IMG/VR virus record: IMGVR_UViG_3300045988_163275
Coordinates: 43,752 to 107,751 of that record
Length of the DNA: 64,000 nt
Source: a virus
Lineage: Duplodnaviria; Heunggongvirae; Uroviricota; Caudoviricetes
Reading direction: 5' to 3' (one strand)
The position numbers were made by a program, and so were the translations under genes. Below, one piece after another: positions 61,200-64,000 of this stretch (its first letter is position 1; the number at the start of each line of letters is the position of its first letter). The notes beneath the pieces are model-generated. The model did not search any database and was not told where the DNA came from. It worked only from the letters and a program-made list of their open reading frames with translations.

Positions 61200-61892
61200 T
61201 TACACTAATCCTTTCTGGTACTTGCGAACCTGGGACCAGGCAATGAATGCTGCCACAAGAATGGTAGCTACGCCAAAGATGATGCGTACCGTATCTCCAC
61301 TGGAGATATTGCCTTGCGCTTTATCCATTGCGGCAGAAACTTGAGGCATAACGTCGGCAATTTGTGCAAGGCCAATACCTGCAGTGACTGTAGCACCTGC
61401 GGTTTCTTTTGTTACAGGAACGGCTTTTACAGCCTTTACCGGTTTGACAATGCCGGCACGCCGCAGACCTTCTTCGATAAGTTCTGGTGTATACCAGCTA
61501 TTGGGGGTTTTCAGCGGACCTCGGCCATTTTCATGTCTAATGATCGCCTCTACCAGCGGTCTTAAGGTCTCGTAGTCATGCAGATCGATAATCATATCTG
61601 GTGCTACTCCAACGGCTTTGGATACCTCGTTCACATAAGCCAAAGTGTTGTTCTCATGTGGAGGCGCCCAGCGTTCGATGACTTCGCGGATCGTATCAAT
61701 GCTGGAGCCATCTTTTGCGCGGCGCTTGTCGTGGTAAGTAATGAGTGTCACTGCCAATGCCCGAATCCCCCACACGGGGTCTTTAAACGTGCAGAAGCGC
61801 GGTTCTGAAGAGTTGTTGACTAAGCCCTGCCACGGCGCTCCTTTATCAAGATTACCGGGGTTGTTATTACGAATGCCTCTCGGAGTTTTCAT
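61200..61892 (-). CDS. putative lysis-cassette protein (possible peptidoglycan hydrolase) with C-terminal TM
   Basis: GIRNNNPGNL...WQG block and position between holin-like and spanin-like genes; start at ATG 61890-61892 with AGGAGA RBS; function not verified. Confidence 0.35.
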   Translation of the reverse strand: MKTPRGIRNNNPGNLDKGAPWQGLVNNSSEPRFCTFKDPVWGIRALAVTLITYHDKRRAKDGSSIDTIREVIERWAPPHENNTLAYVNEVSKAVGVAPDMIIDLHDYETLRPLVEAIIRHENGRGPLKTPNSWYTPELIEEGLRRAGIVKPVKAVKAVPVTKETAGATVTAGIGLAQIADVMPQVSAAMDKAQGNISSGDTVRIIFGVATILVAAFIAWSQVRKYQKGLV

Positions 61893-61905
61893 CCTTGATC
61901 TCCTG

Positions 61906-62241
61906 TTATTGCAATCCATTTTTTACGCCATACGCGGCCAATCCTAAAAGCAGTACGGTAATAATGAACGACGTTATTTTCGAAACAATGCCGCCAAAGA
62001 ACCCACTGGAGATGGTGTCGAGCCGGTTAAGAAGTTTGTCCAGATTGGAGTGCTGAATGCTGTGTTGTGCGGGCGTCATATCGCCAAAGTAGGTTTTGAG
62101 CTGGTCATTGACCTCCTGACCAATTTCCTCGCGTATTTCTTTACCTAATTTGCCTACGACTTCCCGAGCAACGATTGAGGCGATGCGCTCAACCTGTTCA
62201 GTTGTGACTCCCGCCATCTCGTTCGACATGTTTTCCTCCAT
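61906..62241 (-). CDS. holin-like small membrane protein
   Basis: C-terminal TM ITSFIITVLLLGLAAYGV. Confidence 0.35.
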   Translation of the reverse strand: MEENMSNEMAGVTTEQVERIASIVAREVVGKLGKEIREEIGQEVNDQLKTYFGDMTPAQHSIQHSNLDKLLNRLDTISSGFFGGIVSKITSFIITVLLLGLAAYGVKNGLQ

Positions 62242-62289
62242 GAAAAGTCAAATCGGGATGGCGTGTTTATATCATATTTTAACCATTTG

Positions 62290-62315
62290 TAGTAGGTATG
62301 TACTTACCTACTATA
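62290..62315. promoter_or_regulatory. class-1 palindromic motif TAGTAGGTATGTACTTACCTACTA upstream of holin-like gene
   Basis: 9-bp inverted arms around TGTAC. Confidence 0.45.
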
Positions 62316-62362
62316 TATCTTACAAACTAATCGTTGTTAATAATGCAGATATAATCTGCCCC

Positions 62363-62950
62363 TTACTCTGCTGGTATTGTTGGCCAGTCAATATCCGGTG
62401 CCGTTGATGTGTCAATGCGGTTCAATAAAACTCTATACTTCTTCCATGCAGTCAGCAACGATGCTTCTTCCTCCGTTGCAATCTCCAAATCTACAGCATC
62501 CTGAAGTGGCGCAATGTGCTCGCTGGCTACCTGCATCAGACTTTTTTTTGTTTCTTCCGCTTCCCGTATCTGAAACAATTTTTCTGTTTCCTCATCCTTC
62601 TCCCAGGATGTGCCGTCCCACTTCTGATATTCCCCATCCGGTGATAACCAGGTGACATTTTCCGGTAATGGCCCAAGTTCAGAAATAAACAACGCGTCCC
62701 CTGATTCCACGTCATAGACCGTTTTACCCCTGTGGTCTTCAACGAGACTCCATGATTTATTTTCGCTATTGAATACGGCCACGAAGCCAGCAGGTACATC
62801 CGGTGGCGCTATATCCGTAGAATAAGCTGGCAGCCCTGTATGAGGTGGAATATATGCATCACCTTCACCAATAAATTCATTGGTTCCGGCCAACAGATTA
62901 TAAATTTTTATGGTCCGTGGTTGTTCACTCATTGTGAAGTCCATGTTCAC
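62363..62950 (-). CDS. tail fiber assembly protein (Tfa-like chaperone)
   Basis: N-terminal [28 protein letters not shown] and C-terminal WPTIP typical of Tfa proteins. Confidence 0.75.
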   Translation of the reverse strand: MNMDFTMSEQPRTIKIYNLLAGTNEFIGEGDAYIPPHTGLPAYSTDIAPPDVPAGFVAVFNSENKSWSLVEDHRGKTVYDVESGDALFISELGPLPENVTWLSPDGEYQKWDGTSWEKDEETEKLFQIREAEETKKSLMQVASEHIAPLQDAVDLEIATEEEASLLTAWKKYRVLLNRIDTSTAPDIDWPTIPAE

Positions 62951-62952
62951 CT

Positions 62953-63855
62953 CTACTTAATATCAAAGACAGTATGTTGTTTATTGAGTGTATGGGTGTG
63001 AGCACCAACAGTGATGCCCCTTCCGTGATTATATGCGCCAGTGGCGATATTGCTTCCGGTATTTTCCGGATTAATCCGGTGTATATGCGAACCAGGGCGA
63101 AACCGGTTATTAGCCTGATGTTGTATCAGTACATCATCAGCCTGATGTTCAGGGTTAATACAGATCTGCCCTGAACGTGAGCAATACGTCCGGGAATCGC
63201 CACAGCCAATATATTTAGTATCCGCATAACGGCAAACAGAATTACCTGGACAGTATGCATATGTGCTAAATACTGCCGACTGGCGAGATTGTGCATATTC
63301 CCAGTTAATTGCTTCTGTTTTTTTATTAAAGTTATCCCACGCCTGCTTCATCTGCCGGGCAACACTTTCAAACGGCACCTGACCGCATCCGGCCCCCATT
63401 GCAGGGAATACGACCGTTTTTATTTTCCTGTCTGTCGTTGCGTTTTTATTATGCTGAAAGATGGCAAGCAGAGCGGCCCAGGTTGCGTTATATACAGCCT
63501 CTGTTCCGTCAATTGTCAGCGGAACACGCATTGTTGGCGCATGTACCAGCCAGGGGTGATGATTATGCCCCGTTTCAATGACAAATGCAGAACCTACAGG
63601 CTGTTCGCCGAGATATTCACAAATAATATGATTCTGAACGCGGGACTGTAACTGAGTACCGAAGAATGCGGTAATGGCGGCATCAACGCCGCCATCCATC
63701 AAGCCGAAACTATTTGCCGCACTTACCATGCAGTCAAATTCTCTGATTGCTTCAAATGGTTTTCCGACAATATTCACATTGTCTGCATTTGCGAATACTC
63801 GCTTAAATGCTTCAGTCATTTCTTTTACTGGAGCAGAAAGAATGAGATTAATCAT
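62953..63855 (-). CDS. macro domain protein with Cys/His-rich tail-fiber-tip-like C-terminus
   Basis: Macro motifs [22 protein letters not shown] and [21 protein letters not shown]; C-terminal GAHTHTL HxH-like segment; start overlaps upstream stop (ATGA). Confidence 0.55.
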   Translation of the reverse strand: MINLILSAPVKEMTEAFKRVFANADNVNIVGKPFEAIREFDCMVSAANSFGLMDGGVDAAITAFFGTQLQSRVQNHIICEYLGEQPVGSAFVIETGHNHHPWLVHAPTMRVPLTIDGTEAVYNATWAALLAIFQHNKNATTDRKIKTVVFPAMGAGCGQVPFESVARQMKQAWDNFNKKTEAINWEYAQSRQSAVFSTYAYCPGNSVCRYADTKYIGCGDSRTYCSRSGQICINPEHQADDVLIQHQANNRFRPGSHIHRINPENTGSNIATGAYNHGRGITVGAHTHTLNKQHTVFDIK

Positions 63856-64000
63856 GCAAGCCTCACAATATAGTTAAATGCAATGTTTTTGACGGTGTTT
63901 TCCGCGTTACCAGCAGCGTTAACAGTGATGGTGTGTCCATGTGAGCCAATCGCAACGGAGTGCGTATGAGCACCAATACCGACAGTATGTGCATGTGCGC
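63853..64000 (-). CDS. tail fiber protein, C-terminal end only (5' part beyond window)
   Basis: Minus-strand translation ...[48 protein letters not shown] with HxH repeats. Confidence 0.55.

Noticed and set aside
1-64000. Initial impression of a T5-like phage early region (tRNA, DHFR, ThyA, SbcCD, flap endonuclease, HNH genes)
   Set aside because: The polymerase is DnaE-type rather than PolA-type, and a P1-like RepA with iterons, ParA partition genes and a toxin-antitoxin pair are present, which points to a phage-plasmid rather than T5.

Overview
The window reads as part of a phage-plasmid-like element, not a chromosome. Most genes are on the minus strand and form a phage DNA-metabolism and replication module: RNase H, Dam-like methylase, DnaQ-like exonuclease, nucleotide kinase, DHFR, thymidylate synthase, RuvC-like resolvase, SbcCD, flap endonuclease, gp32-like SSB, DnaE-type polymerase, CobS/CobT-like AAA+/VWA pair, ligase, primase and DnaB-like helicase. 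Interleaved with these are plasmid-maintenance functions: a P1/RepFIB-type RepA flanked by iteron arrays, a ParA-type partition ATPase with a small partner, and a GNAT-toxin/DUF1778-antitoxin pair. The right end carries a lysis-like cluster and tail fiber genes. The strongest candidate for an undescribed system is a plus-strand, visibly AT-richer four-gene island (about 20.6-30.5 kb) encoding an SNF2-family helicase, a 228-aa unknown protein, a Type III Mod-like adenine methyltransferase and a Type III Res-like helicase-nuclease. Other notable observations are a LAGLIDADG intein inside the Walker A motif of the RecA-like recombinase, a macro-domain protein between the tail fiber and tail fiber assembly genes, a stand-alone Mrr-like nuclease, one tRNA-Asn, and two families of short palindromic motifs recurring just upstream of many genes. 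All calls are from reading the sequence and translations by eye; no database search or computation was run.
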